Below are positions 47,302 through 57,400 of a stretch of 64,000 bases of DNA, piece after piece. Origin of the DNA: a virus; IMG/VR virus record IMGVR_UViG_3300032213_001637, positions 45,022 through 109,021 of that record; one strand, 5' to 3'. A model generated the notes under the pieces. That model had not been told where the DNA came from. It was given only the letters and a program-made list of their open reading frames with translations, and searched no databases. The position numbers were made by a program, and so were the translations under genes. The first letter of the stretch is position 1. Each line of letters opens with the position of its first letter.

Positions 47302-50300
47302 TTATGAACTTGCGATAGCAAGTTGTTCACTTACTTTTCTACCATCAAGATTTACAGCAATACCACCACTCATCATTAAACCAATAAGGGTATCCAATTT
47401 CTGATTGGTTTCTTGGATTGCGGAAATCATACCTTCTTGGTTTTGAGCAGACGACTCAGCTCCAGCACCAATACCACCAGTGTCTACACCAATTAATTTA
47501 CCAACAATCTTAAAGGGAATACTAAGAGCAGTTTGTATAAACGTAGCAATTGAGGTAAACCCTGTCATAATAATCTGAAAAATAGTTTCAAACGGACTTG
47601 TGAAAATCTTAAGAATTGCTGACCCAACTCCAATCAATCCTTTGATTATACCATCACCCAAAGTTGAATTGCTCTTTCCAACAAATAAATCTGAAATGAA
47701 GGTCCACGCATCTACCCATGGTTGAATAAAAACAGTATACAATATAGATCCAAAACCCTTGAGTACACTCAAGAGCATTGGTCCAATTCCCATAAAAGAT
47801 TTAACAATCAGTATCGGTATAAAGAATAAACCAGACACTACAGATTTTAGATTTTCAATAGTGAACAATGATTTTAATGTATCCATCACTTTTGGGAACA
47901 TGGACATTAGAGACTTGAACAAAATAATAGGCACCAAATACATACCATTCAACACAGATTGTCCGATGTTTAGTAAATTTTTAACAATGTCTTTTCCCGA
48001 GAACAATTCTTTGATCGATTCCCATCCAGTTTGAAAGATGTTAAATACACTTGCGATTGTCGATTTAATTACGGGAAATATAGTTAATAGTGGTTTAAAC
48101 AAATCACCGATAATCGGTATCTTGGTTAACAGTTCTACCAACATTTCAATTGGTCCAATAAATACATCATATAATGTTTCACCTAACGCATCAAAAAATC
48201 CCATTCCACTCATTAGACGAGTAATCATTCCGTACGCGGCTTGTAATACCATTATTACTTCTCCTATAATTGGTATTGCCTTGCCAGCCGTACCAAGTAT
48301 TCCAACAATACGTCCAACCTTTCCAAACCCACTGGCAAACTTTCCGACTACGCCGCTTGCACTTCCAAGTCCAGTTACAAATCCTCTAATAGGACCAAGA
48401 AGACCACTAGCATATCTAGAAATCTTTCCGAATACTTTCATGGTAGTAGTAAAAATAGGAGTTAATACACTACCGGTTGCACCTAATAATGACATTTTAG
48501 TACTCATTGATACAATCAAACCACCCATCTTACCAATCAAACCACCAACCTTACCAATCACAACACCAACCTTTCCGAATCCAGATGCAATCCTACTAAT
48601 CGCACCACCAATAGTTTGGAGTTTAGTTCCAATCGTACCAACAGTCGGCGACAACATTCTAAATATTCTAAACATAAAATCAATTGGAGCAGCAATCTTT
48701 AATAGTATAACTCCAAGCGGAATCGAAAATTGAACAGCTTCTTCAATTTTACTATTGATACCATCAAACGCATCACTGATGCTTTGTACTACCGGTTCCA
48801 ACGGTTCAAACAGTTTATATAATGCGTTAGCAAGAACTTTAACAGGAATCAATATTAAGTTAAAAACCAATAATGCTAACTTTAATGCTGGAATCAATAA
48901 CTTGACCGCAACATTTACTACAGGAGTTAATATATCAGCAAGAATCTGTTTGAATGCCGCAAACGTGTTGTTCAATTGTGCCATAGCACTTTGCATTTGA
49001 GTCTTCATCAACAGATCTTTACCCGTCTCTTCGTTCTGTTCTTTCATTGCTTCAAGTGCTTTTTCATATGAAGCCTTTTCTTTGTCAGACAACTGTGCAA
49101 GTTTTTCTTCGTTCTTCAACATCTTGGTCAACTCAACCGCACTATATCCAGTTGCCTTAGCTAGTGCCTCTTGTTGAAAGACATTCATCTTATTGAAATC
49201 TCCCATCTGACGTACTTGATTCAATATTTCTTTTTGTGCACCAGCTACGTCTCCTTGAAATGATAGTTGACGTGCAGAATTGAGATTCAAGTTCTTACCC
49301 AATAGTACGCTTGCTTCCATTTCATCAGATACGCTCTGAGTAAAGTTCAATAACCCCTTTGCAGAACTTGCAGATTTATCAAGACTTACACCCATTTGTT
49401 TTGCTTGAATTGCAGCCATGGTCATTTGTTTGACATTGCCTCTCATCATGGTGACCGTCTCGTCAGATGCGTTTGCCACATCATTCATCACTTCATCCAA
49501 ATTAACTCCTGCTGCATTTGCAAGGTTGGCAGTAAATCCAGCCATTGCACTGGCTTGTTTATCTGTCATTCCTCCAATTGCAGACATCTTTTGTAAGAAT
49601 CCAGCTGCGGTTTTCTCATTTACACCATAATTAGCTGCCAATAAAGCAGTAGTTTGTGCTAATTCTTTATTGATCAATAAAGATGTACCTAACACCTGAC
49701 CGATAGCAACAAGTGATTTATACGCACCTTCAATCGTTACCCCCAATGTAACAAACTGTTGATTTAGTTGAAGAGCTACTTGTTCTAACGATCTTGCGTT
49801 ATCACGTCCCAATCCCAATTCTTTTCTAAAATTTGCCGCTGCTTTATCTAATTCAACAAAACGATCAAATGCATCAGCAAAATGTGAAATCATTTTTTTT
49901 GCTAATTCAGCTTGTGACTTTAATTTATACACCATAGCTTGAGCTTTATCAACAACATCTTGTTGTTTTTTACGTTGTGCATTAATAAGACCGTTTTGAT
50001 TATCGAGAAGAGGAGGTGTCTTTTTTGCAATATCCAATTTTTCTTGTTCTTTTTTCAACTGATCAGCCAAAGAATCCATTTTAGACTCATCACACTTGGT
50101 GATTTTATCACAGAGTTCTTTTTCGTTCTTTAACTTTTCTTCCAACTGTTTGACCGCATCTTCTCCACTTTTAATTTCGTCTTCACGGATTTTTGGAAGA
50201 CCATCCAGTATTTTTTTTTGTTTTTCTAACTCCTCATTTGCCTTTTTGATTGGTTCATTGAACATTAATCCAGCAATTGCACCAAACGTTTTCAATAAAT

Positions 50301-50565
50301 CATTTCCATCCGACACCCCTCTTTGAAGAATGTCATGAAACGTATCTGATGGTGCGTCAAACGCTTCTGTGACAGTTGCTAATTCCTTACCAAGTTCTCT
50401 GAAACTTTTTGTTGCAGTCGATGCAGTTGATCTTGCTTCATCAAGTGCCCTATTATAAATCCTAACTTGATCCGCTGATAATGAAACTTCCTTGGCACCT
50501 TTTTTGACGCTTTCAGTCAACTGTTCTTGAATTTTTCTTGCTTTATCCTGTGTATCGGGATCCAT
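47302..50565 (-). CDS. Tape measure protein
   Basis: 1087 aa, helical and Ala/Gly-rich with amphipathic repeats, ending in AVNLDGRKV; downstream of the tube and chaperone genes. Confidence 0.88.
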   Translation of the reverse strand: MDPDTQDKARKIQEQLTESVKKGAKEVSLSADQVRIYNRALDEARSTASTATKSFRELGKELATVTEAFDAPSDTFHDILQRGVSDGNDLLKTFGAIAGLMFNEPIKKANEELEKQKKILDGLPKIREDEIKSGEDAVKQLEEKLKNEKELCDKITKCDESKMDSLADQLKKEQEKLDIAKKTPPLLDNQNGLINAQRKKQQDVVDKAQAMVYKLKSQAELAKKMISHFADAFDRFVELDKAAANFRKELGLGRDNARSLEQVALQLNQQFVTLGVTIEGAYKSLVAIGQVLGTSLLINKELAQTTALLAANYGVNEKTAAGFLQKMSAIGGMTDKQASAMAGFTANLANAAGVNLDEVMNDVANASDETVTMMRGNVKQMTMAAIQAKQMGVSLDKSASSAKGLLNFTQSVSDEMEASVLLGKNLNLNSARQLSFQGDVAGAQKEILNQVRQMGDFNKMNVFQQEALAKATGYSAVELTKMLKNEEKLAQLSDKEKASYEKALEAMKEQNEETGKDLLMKTQMQSAMAQLNNTFAAFKQILADILTPVVNVAVKLLIPALKLALLVFNLILIPVKVLANALYKLFEPLEPVVQSISDAFDGINSKIEEAVQFSIPLGVILLKIAAPIDFMFRIFRMLSPTVGTIGTKLQTIGGAISRIASGFGKVGVVIGKVGGLIGKMGGLIVSMSTKMSLLGATGSVLTPIFTTTMKVFGKISRYASGLLGPIRGFVTGLGSASGVVGKFASGFGKVGRIVGILGTAGKAIPIIGEVIMVLQAAYGMITRLMSGMGFFDALGETLYDVFIGPIEMLVELLTKIPIIGDLFKPLLTIFPVIKSTIASVFNIFQTGWESIKELFSGKDIVKNLLNIGQSVLNGMYLVPIILFKSLMSMFPKVMDTLKSLFTIENLKSVVSGLFFIPILIVKSFMGIGPMLLSVLKGFGSILYTVFIQPWVDAWTFISDLFVGKSNSTLGDGIIKGLIGVGSAILKIFTSPFETIFQIIMTGFTSIATFIQTALSIPFKIVGKLIGVDTGGIGAGAESSAQNQEGMISAIQETNQKLDTLIGLMMSGGIAVNLDGRKVSEQLAIASS

Positions 50566-50624
50566 AAAAATCTATTGTGCCCTATAAATATAAAATTCAA
50601 GGGTTATTGTTCAATTTTTAATGG

Positions 50625-50825
50625 TTATTTACCCTTTGATTTTGTAGCATTTTCCATTTGTTCGTTTTCTTTTTTACGAACTTCTGCTAATTTTCTAAGG
50701 TAAAAGACACGTAGATGTGTTGGAAGGTTATACGCAATTTCTTGAGTAAATGCTCCTTCCGAGTAATACGCTAGATCAAAGATCTGGGTATGTAGTGATA
50801 TCTTATCTTCCGGCGTCAGGCCAAA
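50625..50825 (-). CDS. Startless ORF, probable frameshift extension of the tail assembly chaperone (gpGT / T4 gp51-like)
   Basis: The +1 frame reads FGLTPEDKISLHTQIFDLAYYSEGAFTQEIAYNLPTHLRVFYLRKLAEVRKKENEQMENATKSKGK*. It has an in-frame TGA four codons upstream and overlaps TTC TTT TGG of 50803..51684. Confidence 0.75.
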   Translation of the reverse strand, partial: FGLTPEDKISLHTQIFDLAYYSEGAFTQEIAYNLPTHLRVFYLRKLAEVRKKENEQMENATKSKGK

Positions 50826-51684
50826 AGAACTGGGCCGTCATAGGCACCGACATCCTTTCTTCATTTCCACATTCATCACATGAAAAGTTAAAGTTCATAT
50901 CCAAATCCGGAGTTTGTTCCCTAACGTGTGTTCTGAACGCTAAACTATCTCTGGATGGAAGTTCTTGACTCACAAACTTTTGAATTACGTTTCTATCAGA
51001 ATTACCATCAACAGCAATAATCATAGTACGTAGACGAGTTGTTACGTCACTGCTTGAATTTTTGTTAATCTTAACAATTGCCTTAAGTTCGGCATCAATC
51101 ATCAATTCATCTTTATGAGTCAACAACTTATACTTAATTAACTTCTTTGTGTATGGCAACAAAAATTCAAATTCGTTTTGTCCTTTTGTATATGTTGATA
51201 GATCGACTTCTTTGGCTTTCATCAAATTGAGATCGATCTTTCGTTCACCTTCGGTCTGACATTTAGGACATGTTACCTTAACTGGTCCATAGGTATCACC
51301 ATACGCCAACCGTCGTGCGGCAAAGAATATTGCGTTTTTATCACCTACTAAAATATCATCTATCTTTACAGGTGTTACAATCAACGATTCAAGCAATCGA
51401 TCCAATACAATACCTTTTCGGATTAGGTTTTGATTGGTCAAAATATCTTCTTCTCTAGCAGTCATCATCTTGAGTTCAAGATTTCCATTTGATAGTGGAT
51501 GACCGTCTGGATAAAAGTGACCCTGACTAGGAAGTTCGATTATTTCCGTCGGAAAGCTATTTGTCAGTTTATTGGAGGTGCCAGTATTTGTTGTTACTGG
51601 CTGTGACATTGATGGTTGACGTGCAATAGGTGGACCGCCAACAATTGTCGATGGTCGTGTAATGGAAATATTTTCTTCACTCAT
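50803..51684 (-). CDS. Tail assembly chaperone / baseplate hub assembly protein (T4 gp26-like)
   Basis: IELPSQG, MTAREEDIL, GDKNAI..AR..AYG..Y, two CxxC motifs, ends FFWP; lies between tube and tape measure. Confidence 0.8.
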   Translation of the reverse strand: MSEENISITRPSTIVGGPPIARQPSMSQPVTTNTGTSNKLTNSFPTEIIELPSQGHFYPDGHPLSNGNLELKMMTAREEDILTNQNLIRKGIVLDRLLESLIVTPVKIDDILVGDKNAIFFAARRLAYGDTYGPVKVTCPKCQTEGERKIDLNLMKAKEVDLSTYTKGQNEFEFLLPYTKKLIKYKLLTHKDELMIDAELKAIVKINKNSSSDVTTRLRTMIIAVDGNSDRNVIQKFVSQELPSRDSLAFRTHVREQTPDLDMNFNFSCDECGNEERMSVPMTAQFFWPDAGR

Positions 51685-51748
51685 AATAACTCTTTAATGT
51701 AACAATATATAGTATCTCAATAAAACTTTTTGTTATTTTAATTAAGTA

Positions 51749-52096
51749 TCAAGATCCACCTTTTTGTGCAGCTTTCAAATTATTTTCAGCCGCATTTACA
51801 CTATCTTTAGCATTTTTCTCTGCCTTTTTTGCATTATTCAATGCATCTTGTTCATTGCCACTATCATTTCCTCTGGATTCTGCCGCGTCTACCGTATCTG
51901 ACGTTTGTTGTGTACGACTTTGTGCTTGTTGTTCTTTTACTTTGGCAATAGCAACCCGTGTTTGTTGAAGAGCAACATTTTGATCGTGTGCTTTTTTGTT
52001 CAATGTTTCCAATGCGTTTGTGAATTTATCGGAATCAACAACTTCAGATAATACTTCGTTGATAATTGATTTCAATTCTGCTCTTGTAATCTTCAT
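51749..52096 (-). CDS. Hypothetical coiled-coil protein (possible head-internal protein)
   Basis: N-terminus MKITRAELKSIINEVLSE; TATTTATA lies immediately upstream. Confidence 0.7.
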   Translation of the reverse strand: MKITRAELKSIINEVLSEVVDSDKFTNALETLNKKAHDQNVALQQTRVAIAKVKEQQAQSRTQQTSDTVDAAESRGNDSGNEQDALNNAKKAEKNAKDSVNAAENNLKAAQKGGS

Positions 52097-52119
52097 ATGG
52101 TATAAATAGTTACAATAAG

Positions 52120-52149
52120 AAAAAACCCCACACTTTCGTATGGGGTTTT
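52120..52149 (-). terminator. Rho-independent terminator after the tail tube gene
   Basis: Stem AAAACCCCA/TGGGGTTTT with a T-run. Confidence 0.75.
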
Positions 52150-52174
52150 ATTAGACCTTAAGTTTACCAATCGA

Positions 52175-52666
52175 TTAATATTGTAGAATACAGTGGTCCA
52201 CAGCCAACGTCATAGTGATATTAAGAGAATCACCACCATTACCCCAATCAAGAGTACCGAATTCTGCACTGACGATCATTGCACCCTTCAATACCCATTC
52301 TTCAACTTTATCGCCAACTGGACCTAGAACTGAAATTGTACAGTCTTTCTTATAGAAATCAAGATATCCGTCACGTCCGGTAACAGATTCGTGATGTAGG
52401 CGGACCCATTCCATGACAGCTTGTGCACCAGATGGTGCGATTGGATCATAAAGTTCAATTTGCATATCACCCCAAGTGGTTTTACCCTTGTAGGTACGTT
52501 GAATGTTGATATAATCAATCGTTTTCTTTTCTTGAGTTAGTTTTGGACGATCAGTTTTCTTGATGATGAATGAAGGAATACCGTCAAGACTGAAAATGAA
52601 ACGGTTTTGAACCTTGGGTTCAAACACCGTGTAGAACATCTCATTTGGATTTAGTAGGTCTGCCAT
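52175..52666 (-). CDS. Tail tube protein (T4 gp19-like)
   Basis: FEPK..NRF, KGKTTW, LYDPI.PSGAQAVMEW, GY..FYKKD, LGPVGD.VEEW.LKGA, G.LDW. Confidence 0.9.
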   Translation of the reverse strand: MADLLNPNEMFYTVFEPKVQNRFIFSLDGIPSFIIKKTDRPKLTQEKKTIDYINIQRTYKGKTTWGDMQIELYDPIAPSGAQAVMEWVRLHHESVTGRDGYLDFYKKDCTISVLGPVGDKVEEWVLKGAMIVSAEFGTLDWGNGGDSLNITMTLAVDHCILQY

Positions 52667-52738
52667 ATGTTATATTGGTTAGTTGATAATAAATATGAAT
52701 GATAAATTGTTATTGTTGAAAAAGTTTAAAAAAATACG

Positions 52739-53428
52739 TTATTTGGTTTCTTTTAAAGAAAGTTTCATGTCGTACACTTTATTAACTGCTGTTTTTAAAT
52801 TGTCTAAATGACCACGGTTTCTTAATAATTTAAACACTATATTCTCAATGCTAAACTCTCCGCTCTTGATCAAACCAGATTCACGCATATCATATACCGC
52901 CTTTAATACACGCTTCAAATCTTCCAAATTGTTTGATTTAATCGCGTTCTTGATTTGAAGAGACATGTCAGTATATTTTTTCTGAATGCCATTCTTATCC
53001 AAATTCAAATTCAACTTTTGTGGTACTTTTATCCACTTATTATTAAGAATACTATAGATACCCATCGCTCTATTCTTTTCAGTGACATCTTGAATATACA
53101 ATTCTACTCTATGATTTTTAATCTGAATATCGTGGTTTTTATTCCAGTTAGCTTTGATACTGTCAACCATCTTTTTAACAAGTTCACGTTCCATTGATAG
53201 TTTGTTGAAATCTATCAGTACGTGAACGTCAACATCACTATTTGGACCCCAATTATAGTTAGCCGCGCTTCCAAGAACATAAATATCCTGAATCGGTGAT
53301 GTTAATTCAGACTCGGCATAAAAGTCCTGTGCAACCTTTAGTAAAGCGTCACGAACTTCTGGCTTTATTGTTTTATCATTGTTCCAAATATTTGGATTAA
53401 GTGTATCGTTGTAAATTCGTGCTTTCAT
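52739..53428 (-). CDS. Pol-beta superfamily nucleotidyltransferase-like protein
   Basis: VLGSAANYNW..SDVDVHVLID (hGS..DxD), VELYIQD, R..GL...GEFS.ENIVFK.LR. Confidence 0.75.
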   Translation of the reverse strand: MKARIYNDTLNPNIWNNDKTIKPEVRDALLKVAQDFYAESELTSPIQDIYVLGSAANYNWGPNSDVDVHVLIDFNKLSMERELVKKMVDSIKANWNKNHDIQIKNHRVELYIQDVTEKNRAMGIYSILNNKWIKVPQKLNLNLDKNGIQKKYTDMSLQIKNAIKSNNLEDLKRVLKAVYDMRESGLIKSGEFSIENIVFKLLRNRGHLDNLKTAVNKVYDMKLSLKETK

Positions 53429-53429
53429 A

Positions 53430-54053
53430 TTATATGTTTGACCGACTATATCCGTAACTTTCCTGTGTTATTCCCAAAACTCTTTTGAGTTGCATTATGC
53501 TATCTGTTGCGTTTTTGTGTTCAACAGCAGTTCCTCCTTTTGCTCTCCACTGAGCAATATTTGAAGGAAGATCATCAATCAGTATATGGTTTGGTCCCAA
53601 TGCATATTGTTGTTTAGCTTCTGAACTATCTACTAAAATTATGTTTTCATCCTTTGGAACAGGACTCAATTCGATAGACAACCATCTACGTTTTCCAATT
53701 TCCGCACTATTGCTTTTGGATCTTCTGGATGAAGTGCTGCTTAAAATCTTAACTGGATATCCCAATGAAGTTATAAACTTCCACAAAACATCACAATCGG
53801 TTGTTTTTGGTAACGTTGCCCACCAATCAACACCGTTATTTGGACTGTTCCAAATCAACTTCCACAGATCATCTGTGCGTCCTTCCGCATCAAACTGATC
53901 GGCAGATTTTCCTCCTGATAATGACTTGAACCCGACATCAAAATCCGCTAGTACGCCGTCCATATCACAATAAATAACCGTAGAATTTTCATCTTCGGTT
54001 TCCAATAAGTTATGGTCAAAAACTTCAGGGACAGCTTTTTTTAACGGTATCAT
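53430..54053 (-). CDS. HAD-family 5'(3')-deoxyribonucleotidase-like protein
   Basis: IYCDMDGVLADF, ILSS, GK..W, K..YA, ILIDD..NI.QW...GG. ATG at 54053 follows TATTTATA. Confidence 0.85.
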   Translation of the reverse strand: MIPLKKAVPEVFDHNLLETEDENSTVIYCDMDGVLADFDVGFKSLSGGKSADQFDAEGRTDDLWKLIWNSPNNGVDWWATLPKTTDCDVLWKFITSLGYPVKILSSTSSRRSKSNSAEIGKRRWLSIELSPVPKDENIILVDSSEAKQQYALGPNHILIDDLPSNIAQWRAKGGTAVEHKNATDSIMQLKRVLGITQESYGYSRSNI

Positions 54054-54137
54054 TGAGTATAAATATGTCAGAAAGATCATAACATCTTGACAAACTGCAA
54101 ATTTACCCATAAGCATTGCAGCGCAACAAGCGAATCG

Positions 54138-54338
54138 TTAAACTTTCAAAACATTAATCAATATATTTTTAGAGTTTATGGCATTAATAGTTAAGTTACT
54201 ATCAGTAGTTGGTTGTGTAGGCGCTTTAAGCGTCCACTTTAATTCAGTATTGCCAACCTGACCATAATCTGGTCCAGATACGACATGACTTAGATTATTG
54301 TCGTCATAAACATCAAATTTATCTTGGTCATCTTCCAC
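54138..54338 (-). CDS. Hypothetical small protein
   Basis: GTG-start 66 aa ORF directly after a TATTTATA motif. Confidence 0.5.
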   Translation of the reverse strand: MEDDQDKFDVYDDNNLSHVVSGPDYGQVGNTELKWTLKAPTQPTTDSNLTINAINSKNILINVLKV

Positions 54339-54371
54339 TTATATAAATAGGAAAACAAGTGTTAACGCAAT

Positions 54372-54400
54372 AAAAAACCCCGCTTTTTAGGGCGGGGTTT
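54372..54400 (-). terminator. Rho-independent terminator after the tail sheath gene
   Basis: Stem AAACCCCGC/GCGGGGTTT with a T-run on the minus strand. Confidence 0.8.
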
Positions 54401-54419
54401 GATTAATCCGTTGCGTTAA

Positions 54420-57400
54420 TTAAGCACCGAAGGATGCACCCGTAGGCAAGATGTTGAAATCAAGAATGATAAATTCAGCAGTCTTGGTTGGTTGTAGAAA
54501 AATCTGTCCATATAAGATATTTCTATCAATCAAGTCAGGGGTGTTGTTGGTCTCGTCCATCTTAACTTGGAAAGCGTACAAACCACTACGTGATTGTACT
54601 TGTTCAAGATAAGGATTGACGATACTCAAGAAACGATTACGTGTATTTGCCACGTTCTGTTCGAATACCAAGAAACGTGAACTTGAAGCAATGAACTTCT
54701 TCAAGTTGATCATCAAACGACGAACGTTAATACGATCCAATGCGCTTGGTGCGATTTGAAGAGTCTTTTGACCCCATACACAGATTCCCTGACCGGGGAA
54801 TGCTGCAATTGGGTTAACACGACCTTCATATAGTGTATCACGTTCACCGTGTGTCAAACGATCCAACACTTGAACGGCTTGGGTAATACCACCACGGTTC
54901 AAACCGGCTGGAGCAAACCATTCAGCAGAAGACTTATCGTTTGCGGCGTAAATGGCAGGCAGAACAACAGATGGAGGTACACTAATAATCTTGTTCATGT
55001 TGGTATCAAGAATCTTGACCCATGGATAGTACGTAGCAGCGTAACTGCTATCGATTGTATTGGCAACGTTAATTGCCGCGTCAATCAATCCAGTGCTTTG
55101 ATTGCTCTTAGGAAACACCACGTTATCCATGATGTAGAAACAATCACCACGTGCTTCACACATATCAATTGTCAACTGTGCCACATAACTGTGGTGTTGA
55201 TAAAAGATACCCGGAGTGACGATCAAGTTAATATCGAACTCGTCAGCATTACCCAACGCACCGATACACTGTCTGTAAGCAACACTGCCTGGACTTGTAA
55301 TGTTAGTACAATTCAAACCTTGAGTATTGCCTGGAATGATATCAGATCCAACGTTAATTGGAATTGCTGGTGATTGACCATCAAATCCGCCTTGGAAGCC
55401 AAATACGAACTTACGCATCTTCACACGGGTTGATTCGTATGCAGCGTCATAAGTTGATGGAACACCACCACTATCGTTTTGAACGTCTGGTTGTTTAGAA
55501 CCAGTTAGATTGTGTGTATCACCGGTTTCAAGATCGAATACAACGTTATTGCCAATTGAAGTGAAACCTTCATAAGCAGGTAACGGAGCGAAGTATTGAA
55601 GATTGTCGTTATGTACGCTATATACACCCACAGATGATGTAGGATACAATGACAACAAATCGTCTGCTGCACCCACTGGGGGTTCACCAAACACGATACC
55701 AGATGGATATTTACCCGGAGCCGTTGAGTAAGTTGAAGCGCGGGTGAATTGTACTGGTGGCAAGAATCCGCCAACGTTACCACCGATTGGTGTAGCAAGA
55801 GCGTCAAATCCATAAGGAATTACGGCTTCTGGATACACATTTTCAGTCATTTCAATACGAACATACTTACTCAAGTTAGCATAAGTACCGAATTCAATGA
55901 TCTTACCGGAGAAAGCAATGTAGTTGTAACGATCACCAATACGGCGAGCGATAAAGTTACTGCTATCTGGATCAAGATTCAAGTTTTGGAAACGTTCCAA
56001 GTACTTAGGATTCTTATCAGTATCACTAAATCTACGTACACTCAATGTGAATGAACCATAGTCACTTCCAGCAACAGTACCAGCAAGTTTTACGTCACTG
56101 ATTTCAACCTTGTAGGATGTGTTCGTATTGGTTCCGTCAGCGAGTGTGTGTAGACGAAATAGTGGGAAACGTTGTGGGCGAGCTGTTATATCAGATGTAC
56201 CAGTAAATGGTGCAACTTGTTGTGAGTTAACCCATGGTGTTGTTGCCCACTTCAAACTAAAGTCACTGTAACCAGTTGTTGGTGTGTAACCAAAGTCATC
56301 GGTAAGCTTCAATGGATTACCATTGAATTGAACTTTATTCTCAGCACCAACTGGAGTATATGGAGCTTCACTTCCTACAATCTTCCAACCGTCAGACGGA
56401 TCAGTTGATTCTTCTGCGATACGAGCAATCGTATCCTTGAAGATATTGTAGAGATATGCAGCTTCAATCTTTTGACCAGCAACTTGTTTTGCCGGATCAC
56501 CAGCGGTTGGATCAGATCCAAACACATTGGTGATATAGTTTGAACTTGCTGGATCCAATGATAATTCATAGATTCCATAACTTCCACTTGAACCACCGAT
56601 GTTATAACGCAAATCAAGAACATAGTCTTGTGCGGTTGGATCTTCACTACCACTATACAAACCAGAGGTTGCAATCTTCTTGCTCAACACCGAACCCTCG
56701 AAACCATATACAACTTGTGACAACTTGTTGTTAGCATCAGATTGAATGGTTGCATTTTGGGTATTAGCAAGAACTGCAAGTACAACTGCTTCACGAGCAG
56801 CGCCTGGATTACAAGGATCTCCACCAGAAACAACAGTTTCAGTGAATGTGGTGAACTTACCAAAACTACCAGTAATGTTACAGGTCAATTGAATTTGAAC
56901 ACCGCAACTATTCGTTGGACGATACTTGGCAAAATTGATACTGTTAATGATAACAGAAGATGCATCACCAGATACTGGGAAGTCATCACTCAACTTAACC
57001 AAACTGCTTGTGGTTGCTAAACTACCCGATAATTTACCACTTTGTTCAGCAAGAGCACGCAACAACTTGGCTTCAGCGCTGATTGTCAAGTCACCTTGAT
57101 AACTGGAGCTAATTTCAAATGAAGCGGCATTAAACGTAAGATTCACATCACCGATATAACGAGTGGTGTATGTCTTGTTACCAGATGTGCCTGGTGGGTT
57201 ATATGTTGAGAATGAACTGGTTTCGAAGTTTGCGTACAAACTACCGGTAACAGTCAATATCTCAGTACCAGCACTTGAACTAACGTATTGTACGTTAACT
57301 GTAATATCATCTGGATCAAGTGCGATATATGATGAATCCGCAGTTCCCAACGCGGTAAATGAACCACTTTGTGTTGCGCGGTTATAATATCCCGGAATAG

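Noticed and set aside
47759-50326. Several plus-strand ORFs up to 231 aa
   Set aside because: They are antisense shadows of the tape measure gene caused by codon bias.
54054-54137. Possible tRNA/ncRNA, or an extended N-terminus of the HAD gene
   Set aside because: No cloverleaf or T-loop consensus is visible, and the ATG at 54053 after TATTTATA is a better start than the TTG at 54116.
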